The notes beneath the pieces are model-generated. The model was not told where the DNA came from. It did not search any database and worked only from the letters and a program-made list of their open reading frames with translations. Positions 62,831-64,000 of a DNA stretch of 64,000 nt are shown piece by piece. Source of the stretch: Octopus vulgaris (taxonomy: Eukaryota). The stretch spans positions 96,844,001 through 96,908,000 of the forward strand of contig OX597817.1 of the NCBI GenBank assembly GCA_951406725.2. Direction: 5' to 3'. The first letter of the stretch is position 1. Each line of letters begins with the position of its first letter. A program made the position numbers and the translations under genes.

Positions 62831-63556
62831 TTCCCTTGCATTTCTCTTTCCTTTAATAACCCTTTACCCAAAATTTTCTTATTTCTTTTTCCTTCATGTT
62901 CCCTCCCCCTCATATTTACCCTTACAATGTAGGATAATACTAGGCACCCTACACAACTGACCTCATCACTCTTTCTATTCCATACTTCTCATTCTCACTA
63001 ACCCTAAATACTAATTTCTTTCATTTTCTCCAGTCTCTTTCATGCCTTCTCTGTTACTCTTACCACTATCACTTCTCACAACAATAAATTTATTCCTCTT
63101 ATCACTTCACCTAAAGTCAACAATCTCTCTTCTATTCTCCTTTTAGTTATAGGGCTCTTTAGTGTTGCAAGCTACAAAGTGAGCTCACAAGTGTTGGTAC
63201 ATATAAAAAGCTCCCAGTAAGGTCTGTAAAGTGGTTGGCATTAAGAAAGGGCATCCAGTCATAAGAACCATCAAAAAATTCAGTCCTCCAGTTGGTCAAA
63301 TATTGTAAAACTGTCTAATTCCTGCCAATATGGAAAGCGGACATAAAATGAAGATGATTGTATGTATATGTGTGTGTGTATGTGTGCCCCACCCATATAT
63401 ATATATACATATATTTAGAGTAAAAATAGAAAAGCATAAATTTCAGGCATAGTTCATATTGTAATTGAGTTCTCTATTTGTTTCATTAGAATGAGCATCA
63501 TTAAATGTATAATTAAATAATTGTGATACATAATTAATTCAGTTAAATTAAATTAG

Positions 63557-63691
63557 TTTAAAGGCTGTGTTTATCCAAATCATCAGGAATATTGTGCTAT
63601 GTTAATCGGAAAATTGTTACTCAGTAAGAGTGGTTTTCTGATTAACATCCCATAATATTCCTGATGATTTTTGGTAAACACAGCCTTTAAC
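63557..63691. repeat. MITE-like imperfect palindrome
   Basis: TTAAAGGCTGTGTTTA..ATCATCAGGAATATT / AATATTCCTGATGAT..TAAACACAGCCTTTAA. Confidence 0.75.
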
Positions 63692-63982
63692 CTTAATTAC
63701 TTAATTTTGTATTGTAATAAATAATTATAAATACTTCATTTTTGAATTTGGTTAGGAAGATTCTTGATGTAAATTCATATGTTGAAACAAATCTTGTGTA
63801 TTGGGAGGGCCATTACACCAATAATAGTAATAATACATATACTGGTTCATTATCATTTCTTTTATTTTTAGTCAGTTGGTTAAATATGTAACCAACTAAT
63901 GTTTGTTTAATGTACTGGTTAAGCAATCAGTTGTTTATTAGTCAAAGTTCATTCATTGCTGTTTGCCTTCTCAGTGACTTAC

Positions 63983-64000
63983 CTTTCTTTCCAAGGTCTG
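63983..64000 (-). CDS. DIPK2A: 3' end of the upstream DIPK2A exon (cut by the window edge)
   Basis: Minus strand CAGACCTTGGAAAGAAAG|GTAAGT, a consensus donor. The peptide fits the segment expected before ANLTLQ. Only 18 nt are visible. Confidence 0.55.

Overview
Eukaryotic, extremely repeat-rich DNA, probably from an octopus or other cephalopod (inferred from octopus-type SINEs and kilobase-scale (AT)n tracts). Two convergent host genes are represented by their 3' exons: OSTF1 (+, 27051-29838) and DIPK2A/C3orf58 (-, 43837-64000). The rest is (AT)n microsatellite and mobile DNA. This includes one intact APE+RT CR1-group LINE ORF with a near-identical inverted copy, plus RTE, Penelope-like, hAT, Tc1 and Helitron remnants and several SINE families. 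The most notable signal is a set of about ten type-I minimal hammerhead-ribozyme motifs, found by eye, in several unrelated non-coding repeat families. Some lie in 350-460 bp tandem or inverted units (retrozyme or Penelope pLTR-like) whose ends fall at or next to the predicted cleavage site. Together they show three versions of the 3-8 tertiary pair (C-G, U-A, G-C). A composite tRNA-Asp + SINE unit carrying the LINE's 3' tail occurs twice inside (AT)n. The YI/IY-repeat ORFs are microsatellite artefacts, and some indel-rich stretches look like long-read assembly noise. All coordinates and alignments were done by eye.
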